From Octopus bimaculoides (taxonomy: Eukaryota), in contig NC_068981.1 of NCBI RefSeq assembly GCF_001194135.2, positions 54,122,250-54,186,249 of the forward strand: 64,000 nt of DNA, given 5' to 3'. Both the position numbers and the translations under genes were made by a program. Below are positions 1-13,980 of the stretch, in pieces; position 1 is the first letter of the stretch, and every line of letters begins with the position of its first letter. The notes below the pieces were generated by a model. It did no database searches, was not told the DNA's origin, and saw only the letters and a program-made list of their open reading frames with translations.

Positions 1-200
1 TGCATTAGAAAACATAGTGTTTTTATCCTGTAAAGTATCGCATATATTTTTCACTTATATTTAATACCATTGAGGCATATTTCAATATAAAGATGGAAGT
101 TTAAATAGATACTGACAGAGATCTACAACGAGACTCAACTAGGATGGTAACCGAAATAATTACAACAAACAACAACAACAACAACAACAATAATAATAAT

Positions 201-406
201 TTCAAGTTTTGGCACAAGGCCAGCAAGTCCAGAAGGAGTAGATCGATTACACCAGCCCCAGTGTTCAACAAGTCCTTATTTTATCTACCCCGTAAATATG
301 AAAGGCAAAGCCGACCTCGGCGGAATTTGAACTCAGAACGTAAGGACAGACGAAATGCCGCTAAGCATTTTGCCCGGCGTGTTAACGATTCTGCTAGCAC
401 GCCACC
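201..406 (-). mobile_element. tRNA-derived SINE, family 1 (head GGCGGCGAGCTGGCAGAA; possibly one of the described octopus SINEs)
   Basis: Minus strand reads GGTGGCGTGCTAGCAGAATCGTTAACACGCCGGGC...GAGTTCAAATTCCGCCGAGG (A-box-like and B-box-like motifs). Tail runs into (TTA/TTG)n. Many similar copies in the window. Confidence 0.85.
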
Positions 407-938
407 CTCTGTCTTTCTTCCCCATATTTTTCTATCACATGACTGTAAATAAGCCATCTGGTGTGTTTATTTTAATGGCCTACCAATGTACACATTGAGT
501 TTCTCTGCTCAATACCAAAGATTTGCTTGTCAATTGCTTGACCTTAACCTGTTGAACATGTTCCTTCATTGTTGACGATATGCGTATCTCTGATCACATG
601 CAGAAGTAGTGAGGGGGCATCATAGCCATGTGTTGAGAGGAATTCTTTGGGGTTTCACCTCTGGAAACCTGAGTGTTTCGTTTAACATCTCTAAACAACC
701 TTTTGTCAGGGACCTTTTGAGCAGGCTGGGCTCCTCGACCAGAAGAAAATTCTAACAGGGCTCCACCTGCAAGATCATGCGCTGTTTATCTTGGTATGAA
801 ATCAGCATGTCCCGCACATATGGTTGTGATGCGTGTGCCTGGTGTACCCTTATCGAACGGTTAGTTATGGTGGGTATATTGGGCTTCGTATATTTGTACC
901 CAAGTGTCACTTTGATGTCACGCGCTGCTCTCCAACTC

Positions 939-940
<2 letters not shown>
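405..940 (+). mobile_element. 3' UTR fragment of an R4/Dong-like LINE ending in (TAA)n
   Basis: 405-510 aligns with 44610-44710, which follows an R4/Dong endonuclease-coding end (shared CTATCACATGACT and TTTTAATGGCCTACCAATGTA). Sequence ends directly in (AAT)n at about 938. Confidence 0.6.
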
Positions 941-970
<30 letters not shown>

Positions 971-1019
971 TGATGATGACGACGACGACGATGACGACAA
1001 AAGCAACAACAACAATATC

Positions 1020-1071
<52 letters not shown>

Positions 1072-1078
1072 TAAATAA
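938..1078. repeat. Compound trinucleotide microsatellite (AAT)n(GAT)n(GAC)n(AAC)n(AAT)n
   Basis: Seen directly; explains the poly-N/poly-D ORFs in the track. Confidence 0.95.
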
Positions 1079-2479
1079 TTGAAAGAAAACAAATAAAGAT
1101 CAGCGCAAGCATATGTATTTCTTCGAGATATCATGTTTTCTGGCGTATAATATGCGCTTTTGTTCTTTTTAAATGTATCAAAAAACATTGCCCTGCGTCT
1201 AATGCAACAGTATTATAAATAGGAAACTGAATGTCTTAAGCTAGGGAGCCGGATGAGCATAAGTCCGCAGGGCAAGATAATTGTTACTCATAATAAAATA
1301 TTAGAAGCAAAACAAATTAACATAAACTGTTAGCACAAACATGTGGTACGTCGGCTGTAATGTAAGTCACATCAGCTCATTATACCTCTTTCCCTAGTAT
1401 GCGTAACCACACTTAATACGTATCTTACAGTATTTCTTAACTGTGTTGCCTTTAAGAAACATTACTAAAATATGTAAATGAAAAATTTTCTCCGAAAGAT
1501 GAAAATATTAAATTTCCGCCTGTCAGTTATTTGCAATGAGTGGACGACAACAAAATCACAGCGGTGGTGCGTCAAACTGGTGTTCAATAGCAGTTATATA
1601 AAACATCATAACCAAAAATACAAGTTTTCTATCCTGTATGGCAATTATCTTGATCAAAATATAAACAACTATACAGCTGATCAGAAAGAAGATAAGGTTG
1701 AAATGCGGTACTCCTATAACAAAGTTTATTTATCACGAATTTATGGTTTCATACTTTATTTCAGTACGCTGTCACAACATTTACATACACAAACATATAT
1801 ATTGTTCCTTCCAAAACCACTTAAAAATGAATTTCAATAAGTGTATGGTGAAGCATATTAAATTTGTTTTTCCTACAAAATATACTTGTAAAATAGAGGT
1901 GCGTCTTATGCGGGAGTACATTTTATTTGCCAAAGCTAGTGACTAAAAAAAGTGTTAAGTAACTTTTTGTCAAGACAGTTCCTTGGATCTGTGAAAAATA
2001 TTTGTGCATGCATATGTATGTGAGCATTTGTATGTGTGGATATTCTTGTAGTCATGTTATGAGTGTACATGTCTTTTTATGTTTGTGTTCTTGTGTATGT
2101 TTTACGTACATGTGATTGCATGTATATATTTATTCCAGGACACTCAAATGAAGAATCTTTGAAATGTTTGACAAATTCTTGACTCTATCACCAATTGGGT
2201 TTGTTCTTTCCAGCATTTCTAAGCTTTCGTGCAATTCTGATTTATAATCTATCATTTTGCATCTATAATTCTGCTTCTTCAAGCGGCCTCAGCCAGGATA
2301 CATTTCATCCGCTGCTTCAGGAAACTTTGTTTTCTATTAGCTTTGATAGGTCCTAAATTATATGTATTTCTCAAATAATAACCTTAATGAAGATGAGTGG
2401 TCTTCATACTGTATCAAGATGTAGATGTCTCCACAGTGTAAAAACCATTATGACCTGGTGTTCAAAACAATAGCAGTGC

Positions 2480-3560
2480 TTAAAACCAACCCTGCGTTGA
2501 GCAAGAATCAGTAGAATGTGTGCATAAATGTTTTCTTGGGGCTTACGCTCATGCAATGGAATGCTTTGAGCCGTCATGAGAAGCCAGAATAGCTACAAAT
2601 GACAATCTGTAGCCTATAATAATATATACAAGCGCTCTAAGTTCTGCATTAGTTCACCATCGATGTTCTCTTTTCCAGGATATGATTTTTCCCTAACAAT
2701 GTCAGATCGGTTGTGTTTGCACATGACTGCCGTTCTTTTTATTGTATTCCTTATTTTTAAAGATGATACATTTTAGTTCTGGCGCGTCTTTAGTATGGCT
2801 TTAGTTTGGTAACCAGGATGATTCTTGTAAATAGTTCTGATAACAATGTTATATATCATGGTAAGTTAATACCTTACTGAGAATGTTGGACAGCTGCTAC
2901 TGATGTAGATGTTTTCTTCCATATCAGTCTGGTAAATCAACACATTCTATCATCAATGGAGTTTGAAGGTATCCATATCTATTTGGTTGGTCAGGTGTTT
3001 AGTAGCTATCTTCGGTTCGGGAATAGCAGAGTTGTATCCTTTTAGCTGTGATGTATCTCTCTTCCTGTTAATATTATTAGGATATTTCCACTAACAAATA
3101 GGATATATACCTGTCTTTACGTAACTTTCTGCTCCTATTTTCTGTATAAATTGTTTAGTTCGGCTAACTTGAGTTACACGGAATATCTCTGCACTCAAGA
3201 GTTATTTACATCTCAGGATGTTATTTTTACTATTGAGTAGTGACGTTAAACAACTCTTCCGTTACTGTTCAGTAATTGCTCCTTGACTAAACCTCCTTCC
3301 CTCCCTTTAACATAGATCTTGTTAGTGTCATTATTTTCATACAGAAGTTACCAGTGGGGACCAGTATCTTCCTGCTTTTGATGTCTTAGTCGTAGATCTC
3401 TTCAAGTGCTCTGGTACTGCTGAAGTGTCAAGAGATATGGTCTTATTGAATGCAGAATGCTATAACTTCCATACCTTCTGCAGTCTTTTGAAGTATTCCT
3501 TTGTCATTCTAACTATGCTCCAAGCTTGCATACTTGTTTGCATACGAAGATGCATCATCT
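2480..3560 (-). mobile_element. Highly degraded R4/Dong-like LINE (post-RT region, CCHC remnant, restriction-like endonuclease remnant)
   Basis: Minus-strand fragments: KEYFKRLQKVWKL*HSAFNKTISLDTSAVP, LEEIYD*DIKSRKIL, IYVKGEGRR, ISSSCPTFSVRY, CKHNRSDIV. Many stops and frameshifts. Confidence 0.65.
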
Positions 3561-4483
3561 CTTGAGACCCATTCACAATAACTGCTCAACTGATATCTTT
3601 CAATATGCAATTATTCTATATGCAGCTTCTTAGATAAATCAATATTTCTGTGCTAGATCTTATTGAACAAATCCTATTGCAATATTTTTAATTGGTGATA
3701 TAACATTTTAACGTTTGAAACAACGTCTAAATGACGGATATCTTTTCAATGGTGCTTCGTATATCATGCAAACCAAAATGCAAAAATAATATATATTCAT
3801 GAAAAATTTAACGACCCGGCCACAACAGCAGAACTTAAAGTTCAGATGGGAAGGAAATTCGTTCTTTTATTGTTATTAGATGCAAATGTTCATATATTAA
3901 CAAGAGCTTTTGAATACATAATATAACAGCGCAACTGATAAGGTGCTTGATAAATGAAATAAAGTTAAGAATCCTTGGATAAATAAAAATGGTTTCAAGA
4001 AGAAGTCTAAAACAGAAAAGATACAGAAACGAAATAGTATGAATGAGATATATATTGGCAAAAAAAAAAAAGAAGGAAATTAGGGTAGCAAAAGATAAAT
4101 GGGTGAGCGAAAGCTTTAAAGAGAAATCACAGGGCAAATAACTTGAAGACATACCAAAATAGTAAAAGATCGACCTAAAGAATGGGTATCTAAATGTCAA
4201 GTTGTTGAAGATAAACAAGACAACCTACTAACCAAAGTATATGAAGTGACTGATAGACAAAGGTAGAAAGTAACGTACTAAAGCAATTAAGAAAAGAAAT
4301 CTCCTGTAACAAAATCAAGAGTCATAAATCAATATATACTCATTAAGGTTGACCAGTTTTCATCTTAGAATAAGACCATTTAAAGATGTTGATTATATTA
4401 TGAATTGAGCTTATGATCAGAAATGTTACTACGATACATAATCAACAACTTCTTGTGACATGGAGGATTAATTTTAATATTGG

Positions 4484-4692
4484 CTTTAAATTTTGGCACA
4501 AGGCCAGCAATTTCGGGCAAGAAGGCAGGTCGATTACGTGGATCCTAGTGCTCAACTGGTACTTATTTCATCGACCTCGAAAAGATGAAAGGCAAAGTCG
4601 ACCTGATGACAGGTGAGTTCAGAACATAAAAGCGGACGAAATGCTGCTAAGCATTTTGCCCGATGTCCAAACGATTTTGTCAGCTCGCCACC
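4484..4692 (-). mobile_element. SINE family 1 copy
   Basis: Similar to 201-406 along its length. Confidence 0.85.
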
Positions 4693-4721
4693 TTCTGTAT
4701 AGTTTTGATATTGATTTCATA

Positions 4722-4924
4722 ATTTGTCACTAAACCAGCAACTTCGGGGGAGTGGTAAGTCGATTAAATTGACCCAGTGCTCAGCTAGTACTTATTTTAT
4801 TGACCACCGAAAGGATGAAAGGCATAGTCGACCTCGCTGAAATTTGAACATAAAACGTAAAGACAGACGAAATGCCTCTAAGCATTTTGCCTGATGTGTT
4901 AACAATTCTCCCAGATCGATGCCT
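4722..4924 (-). mobile_element. SINE family 1 copy, tandem with the previous one
   Basis: Similar along its length; shares the flank TGTATAGTTTT(G/A)ATATT with the previous copy. Confidence 0.8.
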
Positions 4925-5499
4925 TGTATAGTTTTAATATTTAAATCAAATCATACTGATGTTAAATTTGCTTTTCAACCTCCTGTTGCCGATAGTATAG
5001 GTACCAGTTAAGTATTCAGTTCAATCTGGTTAACTTTACCACTTCCCAAGTAAGGGATATTATGCCTGTATTACAAATCAATAAGACGCAGAAAAATGTT
5101 TCAGAAAGAATCAAGATTTCAAGCCTTTAAAATTTATTCATGCCCACAGTAGTTTTTAACACTAAATTTGTATTTATCAGAAGAGTTTTGTAAATGTTTC
5201 ATCCTGTAAAACCTATATCCAAAGTCTCACATATATATGGTTTACGCACATACCTGTGAACGCATATACAAGATTATTAATATATTTTTGTATCCACTAC
5301 ATCAACAGTGAGAAGTATTCTATGCTTGGAACAAGTGTGTTGGACAACTGCGTTACTTGGTGAAATAGAAAAATTGGATATGTATTGATAAATACAAAAC
5401 TTTACGTCAGTTTACGTTGAATGTCGTTAAAAAATATCTAAGCGAATCTAATTAATCTCAAGTATCAAAGAATTGATTGTTGATTAGAAAATGCCCTCA

Positions 5500-5578
5500 A
5501 GATATATGCACACAGACACAGACACAGGCACAGAGACACAGACATACACACGCACATACACACATGCACGCGCACGCG

Positions 5579-5624
<46 letters not shown>

Positions 5625-5846
5625 GACTTACACTTAAACAATTCCATAGATCTCATTTATCCAAACAATACTTCCACATATTCAGCATCTCTCCTTTCAG
5701 TGCTTCCCTCACCCTTTATCTCTCTCTCATATATCTGTGCGTGTGCACGTGCGTGTACTTGTGTGTTTGCGTGTATGTATATACATGTGTATGTGTATAT
5801 GTATGCATGTATGTATGTATGTATATATATACACACACATACATAC

Positions 5847-5892
<46 letters not shown>

Positions 5893-6040
5893 CACAAATA
5901 TAAACACACACACACATACATAGACATGCACTGGCAAACTATAATGAAGATGGCGTCTGACAAAAATTTGATTCGTGTATGTGTGTGCCTGCGTGTTTAT
6001 GCATATACGCGTAAGTGTGTGTGTGTGTGTTTATATAAAT
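5500..6040. repeat. Compound microsatellite block (CA)n, (TG)n, (TA)n, (TATG)n
   Basis: Seen directly. Confidence 0.95.
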
Positions 6041-7539
6041 ATATGTCTCTGTATAGTGTGAGAGTAAAATTACTATGACATCCACACTACTTAATTTTTT
6101 TTTGTATTTATTTATTTATTTATTTTCAGTTGTATCTGTCTATTGCTGAAAAATCTAAAATTGCTGAATTGATAAGAAATTAATTGAAATTTAGAAAGGA
6201 AACTAAATTTCTGTTTTTGTAATAAGTGATATGTATACTGAGAGAGGGAAAAGTGGATCGTATTGAAAGAGTTGTTGAGTTGTCTTGGTGGTTTTATCGT
6301 GGCGGTGGATTTGGGGCTGATGTAGACTTCGATAGTAACTGGTTGTTTTTCTGCCAGCAGATTTGTCGGGAGTGTTAATGTGATAGAGATTTTGGTAACG
6401 GGGATATTGAAGTTTTCAGTGGTGGCTGCAGTGATATCGTTAGTTGTGACTGTGGTAAGAATGTGGTAGTAGTTGTGGCGAAGGTACTAATAGTTCTAGC
6501 AATGGCATTAGAAACGTTAATAGTGGCTGCTGTGAGAGGTTAGTGATGGTAGAGGTACTTTTAATGAAGTGTTAATGATAATGACTTGGGCTCTTCTGTT
6601 GATGGTTTTAACGAGGATTTTCGTACTAATGCCGGTAGTAACATAATTGAAATGTTTGGGCGTTTCCACAATGGTATAATGGTTCTTTAGTTGGAGTGAA
6701 AAATTGGAATGCAGCCAATACCGCGAAGAAATATTTGTAAGGGATATGAATATAGAAAAATAAAAACAGGCGAGGAAGAAATCAACAGATGAAAAGAGAA
6801 CGAAGCAAATTGAAGAGATATGTACTGTACTGCTCAATGACATATTATTATAGTTGAACTACATTCAAAGGCTTAAACGTTTAAGAACTAAAATAAAACT
6901 CCTGAAATTCTTATATTAAGATTAGTGATAAGAGTATGCAGCTTATACAGCAAAGATAACTTTTAAAGTCATTATGAATGTTTCTGTAGCTCTAGATAAA
7001 TTCTTGTAGTGAGAGAGGTACCAAAAATTTCATTATTTGATTATTATTTGACGCTAACATCTATGTTTTCACGACTGCCTACGGATATGTTTTCATGGGA
7101 AAATGGTGGATTTATTGTATTCTGTGAGTAGAAGCATTGGAAAAGTGAATCCAGTGAAACAGCGAAAACGTAAATAGCAAGTTTAGTTTTAAAGTAGATT
7201 TGAAGAAATGACTTTTTCTCATTATACAATGCCATTTGCTATGTGAAGAGATTTTACTAGAGTGCTGAGTGTAAATATCATTTTTCCATCTTCTAAAGAT
7301 TTTTTAAGAAAGAATTGTGAGCAGCGTCTTAGATTTGTAATTTCCCCGACACTTCTGGTACAGGTTAAAGTATTTGCCCTTTTAAATTGGTTGTACCAGT
7401 TAGTTTTTGCTTCTATCCATATCCCTAGCAGATCCGCCCTTTTAATTTATCTTTTAACCCTAAACTCAACATTTACTCGGCCTTCACAATTCATTTCCGA
7501 ACAGAGTCATCCAGTTATTGACTAGCGAGAGAGAGAGAG

Positions 7540-7950
7540 AGCTCCTATTCACATCCTGTGTTGTACAACAATCTTCACCTGTTGACATCTTCTGGAACTC
7601 AACTGATATAGCAGAACTCTGCCAGTTCTTCCCTGACTCTTTTTCGTAAAATTGTTTCTCATGATAAATGTATCCAAGCTATATTCCTATATATGTCCGC
7701 CAACCCTGAATACACACCAAAACGGCTCCTCCAGATTTCTAGCCCCAGCCTCTCACCTCACTTTTGCGTGTACACAGTGACAGACACTGAAATCTTTTGA
7801 GGTCACTGTAGCTAAAAAAAGCAATCAACTCAAATAGTATTTCTGCTATCTGCATCGAACAGTGTACTATGAGTTAGTTCCTATAATCACCGAATTTTAG
7901 CTTACCACCCGAAAAAAAGTAACCTCTTCTGACTCAGTCAACAACCAGCC
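7540..7950 (-). mobile_element. Possible degraded APE endonuclease fragment of an RTE/L2-like LINE
   Basis: Minus strand gives TGEDC followed by frameshifted VQHRM (compare GEEC..QHRL at the APE C-terminus) and GARNLEE. Weak. Confidence 0.35.
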
Positions 7951-8769
7951 AATCATTCCCACTTTTTGTATCTCAGACATGTAGAACGCTCATAACCATA
8001 TTTATTATTACCTTCAGTCTATTTTTCTCTTTAGTTATCACCATATTCGCCTCTCTTCTTCCCTAACGTATTTTATCTTTCTTTTAAACACTCTCACAAT
8101 CATTCATGTCCGGATTGCTGTCACCTGAAACACCCACTCCGATCATGTCTTCCAATCAATCATCACCTGCAAAAATTGAAGTGAAACATCAATTGCATCG
8201 ATCTCATGGAAGTGGAAAGGTTTGAAAAGGCTATTGACACTAAATATGAGAGACTAAATAAGAAAAAGAAAAAAAGGCCTGTTTTTTTCTTTGATGATTA
8301 ATAATTGAAGACAGAGATATAATGAACAGTTGAATTTCCTTTATAGCTGTTCCTATACAGAGAAGACAGTAGGTACTATTTTGCAATATATTTTTTGTTC
8401 ATGATTAGTGAAATAACCAAATAGTTTGTGGTAAACTTTGAGAATACTTAACTATACCATGGATGATGATTATAAGTCATTTGTCGAAAGTAGCAAAAGA
8501 CTTTTGGTAGAAACATTTGAGTACAATTCAAACTTGATACTAAGAAGATGGTGAGGGCATTGAGATGAATAAGATGGGGGGTTAGAGAAATGAGCAACTT
8601 CTGCCTGTAAATGTACAGCATAACTAAAGTTTAGGGTCCCCACCTTAAAAAAAAAAGAAAAAAGAATTATGCTGTTGAACCAGGCATGTGATTCGATCTG
8701 CCAAGAACTAACTGCTGTACTACAATGCCAGCCATCACGCTACACAATAACAGGTAATAGCTATGAGCC

Positions 8770-8990
8770 AAGAGAGATACTTCACACGTTCATTTCGCTC
8801 GAGAAACTAGAAATAGCAGCCAAATATTTATATCCTCCTAAAAAGGAAAGACATGTCGGGTAATGTATTTCACTACTTCAAAAAAGAAAATAAGATGGGA
8901 TGATTGTGGTTAGAATGTCTTTGATTACAGGTCTGCACGACTAGGACTGACACAGGGTTAAAAAAACAATAATACAACTGCTAATAGATT
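8770..8990 (-). repeat. Unclassified dispersed repeat (family U) copy
   Basis: Degenerate similarity to 14681-14907, 49830-50440, 52185-52360, 57630-57830 and 58170-58340. Confidence 0.5.
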
Positions 8991-9525
8991 AGAATCTTTG
9001 CATTAAAATTAATTCTAATCAAGCCTTCCTTTCCTCTTCCTCCTTTCTCCTTCCCTTCTATCCAGAACTATTTATGTCGTACTTGGTCCTTTTCCATCTC
9101 TTTTTTAGCCTCTTTCCGCCTCGTTGTCACCGCTGCATTTTCAAATCGAAATATCGATGTCATCGCGCAGATATAAAATATATCATCTGCAACAACAGAA
9201 GAATACGATTATCAGAAATAAATAAACAAGCAGTCTTCTCATAAGGACTGCCATGTAAATATTTTCTTCTTTGTTCTCCATTCAATAAGAACAATACGGA
9301 TGATTTTTATGTATGTTTTTTTTTCTTCTCTCGGTCGTTAATCTAGTTAATCAACTCTTGTAGTTTTGGTCTCTCGTGCAAATGCATTTTCACTCACAAT
9401 ATAGTAATATAGTCCTAACATTCAAACACACACAAAAATCTTTCTTTCAAATAATGGTTAGTCATTCTACATACATCTCTCTCTTCCTCCCTCTCTCTCT
9501 CCACACTGACACGTATGTATGTATG

Positions 9526-9556
<31 letters not shown>

Positions 9557-10259
9557 CAAGGGGAATTAACCTATTTCTCTGTAGATGGAAAAAAATGATG
9601 AACAGCCTTAATTGATTTTAGAATCTTGTTGGATTGTCCTCAGAGGTGTCTGCTTCAGTTTGACTAATCCCAGAAAAGCAAACAGGCGATTGGTTTATAT
9701 ACTCAATAAATTCAGTAGCAACAGAGAACTAGAAAAGACTAATTTGCATACCACAGGTATTTATTATTAGGGCCCGTCCTGTCAACAGCAATCTCAGTCC
9801 ACACAATACCAAGGTATGATATATGTAATTCTCTGTAGTAGACATTTCTAACATTGTTATTTTTATGCATGATCGTGTACGCACGTACAAACACATGCAC
9901 ACCCAACGTATGACAAGATTCAAATTATATCAACGTACATTTGAACACTGATATTAACCAGAAACATAACCATCAATATGCTAACATGCGTTTGCATACT
10001 ATACAATGATTTAAGGCCATTATTCATGCGCTCATAGTTATTATTGTTTTTATGTAAAGATCAGACGTGACTCACAGACTACTCATCCCAGTTATAAATT
10101 GCTGATGTTTAGCTGACAACTATATTACATAATTATCTGGGATCATCAACACCTGATGAAGTTGTAGGGGTACCATTGCGACATACAACATGCGTTAGGC
10201 ATTTTAAACGTGACAAAGCTTATCCCTATCCAGGAATGACAACAGCAGATTCTAAAGAA

Positions 10260-10263
10260 AGTG

Positions 10264-10305
<42 letters not shown>

Positions 10306-10710
10306 TGAGAGAGAGAGAGACAAACAGAGACAGAGAAAGAGAGAGAGACAAACAGAGGCAGAGAAAGAGAGAGAGACAGAGAGAGAGACAGAGAAAGAGA
10401 GAGACAGAGAGAGACAGAGAAAGAGAGAGACAGAGAGACAGAGAAAGAGCGAGACAATGAGAGACAGAGATAATATAGTAAGAGAGAAAAAGGAGGAGGA
10501 GGAAGAGATGAAGGAGGAGGAAGAGCTGAAGAAAGAGGAGGAGGGAAAGAAGAAGAAGCGTACACACGCACATACACGCACAAACTCACCAACACACACA
10601 TACACAAACATGCGCGCGAGCACGCCCACACACACGCCCACACATATATACATACATACATACATACATACATACACACACATACACACACACAAACAAA
10701 CAAACAAAAC
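10260..10710. repeat. Compound microsatellite (GT)n, (GA/GACA)n, (GGA)n, (CA/CATA)n
   Basis: Seen directly; source of several spurious ORFs. Confidence 0.95.
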
Positions 10711-10899
10711 AAGCACTCGATAAATCCCCTTCGTATGATACCACAGAAATTAGAGTCAGTATTTATACTCTGACTACGTTATTCTAAATAGTTATACCAT
10801 GTTCCCATGCACAGGTAACCCCAAGATTCGTGTGTATGTGTGTGTGTGCATGTATGTATATGTATGTACACACACACACACACACACACACCTATATAT

Positions 10900-10953
10900 N
10901 NNNNNNNNNNNNNNNNNNNNNNNNNNNNNNNNNNNNNNNNNNNNNNNNNNNNN
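10900..10953. other. Assembly gap; others at 14075-14148, 28052-28732, 31436-31459, 40728-41186 and 47417-47630
   Basis: Runs of N. Confidence 0.99.
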
Positions 10954-11343
10954 CGTACAGAATAAAGAATGTTCAAATTACAGTATAGACATCCATACAA
11001 CAGATAAAAGAATGGACAGTAAACGAAGAAAAATAAAGAAAAAAAAACAAACAAACGAGGCAATACAAACAACAAAAGGCAAATTTCAGCACTTTTGTTA
11101 GAGAGAAGAGTACAATGAGTTCCCCAGCCATTTTAATGGCGTCTCATTTTCCTAATTTTCTTGCCATTTATTCTGTTCAATATGATTTACACGTCGCCAT
11201 TATTGTTGATGTTGCCGTCCAACTGTTAATAATGTGATCCTTATTTTTAGTAGTAGAAGCATCAGGATAAGACACAATGTATCGCTATTCAATACATTCA
11301 ATGCAATCAGTTTTATTACTGCTTGATAAAAGATTGTATTCTT

Positions 11344-11344
<1 letters not shown>

Positions 11345-11417
<73 letters not shown>

Positions 11418-11418
11418 G
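11345..11418. repeat. (TTA)n microsatellite
   Basis: Seen directly. Confidence 0.95.
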
Positions 11419-12189
11419 TTTTGTTTTGTTTTGTTGTGTCTGAAAGTCAAGCTTGCACGTCTAAAACTGACCTCTAATTCTGATAGCTGATGTGGGTAAA
11501 TAAAGGGTTGAATATTTTTCTAGGACAACGGGAAATAGAGAAAAGAGAAGCATCAAGTTGTGGTAAACATTCTTAATTTTCTTCGTTTTATTTATATTTG
11601 AATGTTTTTGTTTCCTCAGATTTCCTTTGAACTAATTTTACAGTTAACTTAAAGTGAGATGACAAGATAGATAAAATGGAAAATGAATTTTAAAATACTA
11701 CCTAAGTTTCCTTGCTTTATGAAAAAAAAAAACTTGATAAAGAATGTTAGATAAAGATATCAAATAATGGATACTTGACTTAGTAGAACAATGGACTAAA
11801 TGCTTTGTATTTGGTTACATCCCTTTACGTTCTGAGTTCAAATTGTGTACGGGCCGACTTTGTTATTCATTCTTTCCGAGTTTGCTTCAATAAATATCAT
11901 TCAAACCCTGGATCTATAAAATTGTTTCTTCCATTGAAGGAAGATGTCTAACATAACTACAGTGCAGTGACTGAAAGAATATTTTTGTTTCTTGTTCATT
12001 TTTCAATTTGAGTAATTAACATCAACATGAGTTTCTCGCTGAGACGGGTCTTCAAAGAACGATTTTACTCGAAGATCGTTTACACAGTAATAAATTAGGA
12101 TTTAGCTCCTATTTTTTTATATTTTTATAAGCCGTATTTAGCTACTTACTCCATCTTGCTTTTTCTGCTCTCTTTCTTTCTCCCAATCT

Positions 12190-12345
12190 TTCGTATGTGT
12201 ATATGTGCGTGTGCGTGTGCGTGTGCGTGTGTGTATGTATGTGTATTTGTATGTATGTGTATGTGTATGTATATGTATGCATACATATATATATGTGTGT
12301 GTGTATGTATATATGCAGACACATATATATATACACATACATACG

Positions 12346-12380
<35 letters not shown>
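12190..12380. repeat. Compound (GT)/(TA)/(CA) microsatellite
   Basis: Seen directly. Confidence 0.9.
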
Positions 12381-12383
<3 letters not shown>

Positions 12384-13254
12384 AGATAACTAGTGGCGAT
12401 TTATTGACGACGCAGATGAGTTTAGTGGCGCCTTTGATACATTGCATAAAATAGATCAGTGAACATCTAGGTGGAATGAAATTTTAACTTCCTACATTTT
12501 ATGCTGTGTCATTGTCTCACTATGTAATTATCGAAATAAGACTCCCCTACAACCATGCCGCTTCAAACTAAAAGTAAACCCGACAAAATAAACAATCATT
12601 TAATTGAACTTCCTGTACGTTGATATTTGGTCATTTTCGTGGAAGTTCCTGGATTTTTCACCCTTATTTCACAAATTATTAAGATAAAATGGAAAATGAG
12701 AGAAATGATATTTTCAAAGGTTGACTGGTCTCTTTAAGATATTTTGTTTTGAAAGGCAACAGCTAAACTCCCAAATAAACATTTACAATTAGCTCGTTAT
12801 TTCCAGTTCAGTTTATTTCCAGAATTAGTTTGTAAAACAGAGTTTAGAAAATATATGAAATATAAATTAAATGTGAAGGAAAAATATAGACTATTCATGA
12901 AAAAGAAAGAGAAATAGCTAAAAGGCCAAGACTTGTCGTTGAATTCTGAACACATAGCAAACGTAGTTACAATGCATAACTAATTACTTATAAACACGTA
13001 TTTGGTTTCTCGCCTTTTCTCAGTAACTGATATCTTCGAAAGAAATAAAAAAAAATAAAAAGAAGAAATCTTGTGTAGCCATGTAACAAATTCAATAACG
13101 TACGATATCATATTTGGGAATACGGACATTATGAAAAGAGAGAAAAAAAAATACGTAAATGGTTCAGAGAGGCAAGGAAAAATTACCCGAAATTTAGAAA
13201 TATTTTGGGTAGTGAAGTTTACAAAACAAAATTATCGGGTGTTTATATGTTCGA

Positions 13255-13353
13255 ATACACACACACACACACACAAGTATACATAGATACACTCATATAT
13301 ACATACATATATTTATATACATATACATATATATGTACATACTTATGTATATT

Positions 13354-13409
<56 letters not shown>

Positions 13410-13431
13410 CACATACATATCTATCTATCTA

Positions 13432-13471
<40 letters not shown>

Positions 13472-13480
13472 CATAAATAC
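13255..13480. repeat. Compound (CA)/(TA)/(TATC) microsatellite
   Basis: Seen directly. Confidence 0.9.
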
Positions 13481-13724
13481 CTATATGTGTATATACCATA
13501 TGTGTATCTACACACACATATGAATACGCACATATACATATATACAAAATACACACGCATATGTGTTCATTAGTGAGTGTATGTGTGCGCATAAATGTGC
13601 GTATATTTGAGTTTATGCGTATGTCTATGTAAGATAAATATTATTACATAATCATGACTAAAGTTTCAGAGCAATAGACCTAATCAGCAGATTAGAAAAA
13701 TATATAACGAATAACAACTACATG

Positions 13725-13980
13725 GTTCATCCTAGTGGTTAGAATGTTGGATGCTTGATCATACGAATATGGGCTTGATTCTTAGAGCAGGTGGTATGTT
13801 GTGTTTTTGAGCAAAGTATTTCGTTAAACGTTGCTCCTGTCTACTCAGATGAAATAACTACCACCCAAATGCTGGAGCAGCTCTCGCTCGCCATCCTCTC
13901 CTCCTACAGTTGTCACATTTGTAAAGTTCTCCTAGGACAAAGAATGGAAGGGTCGTGAGAGTGTCTGTGTCATGCTCGCT
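13725..13980 (+). mobile_element. Old tRNA-derived SINE with a central TTGAGCAA..ATTT..TTGCTCC core, degenerate
   Basis: CCTAGTGGTTAGAATG head remnant, followed by TGTTGTGTTTTTGAGCAAAGTATTT...TTGCTCC resembling the core of the SINE at 56990-57050. Confidence 0.5.

Noticed and set aside
1478-1946. ORFs of 120 and 82 aa
   Set aside because: AT-rich with no domain motifs or splice support; consistent with chance ORFs.
5465-6078. Many ORFs rich in HT, YI, CV, ER or LS dipeptides here and at 10146-10723, 12138-12454, 13205-14303, 15470-15840, 30236-30755, 48569-48835 and 61149-61496
   Set aside because: Translations of dinucleotide and tetranucleotide microsatellites; no coding signal.
6280-6700. 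Thr/Val-rich open stretches, also at 24361-24500, 36125-36270 and 60940-61040
   Set aside because: Decayed trinucleotide repeats with strand skew; frames break and there are no splice signals or domain motifs.
12735-12760. TTAA-bounded Kolobok-like terminus (ACTGGTCTCTTTAA)
   Set aside because: No matching opposite end found.
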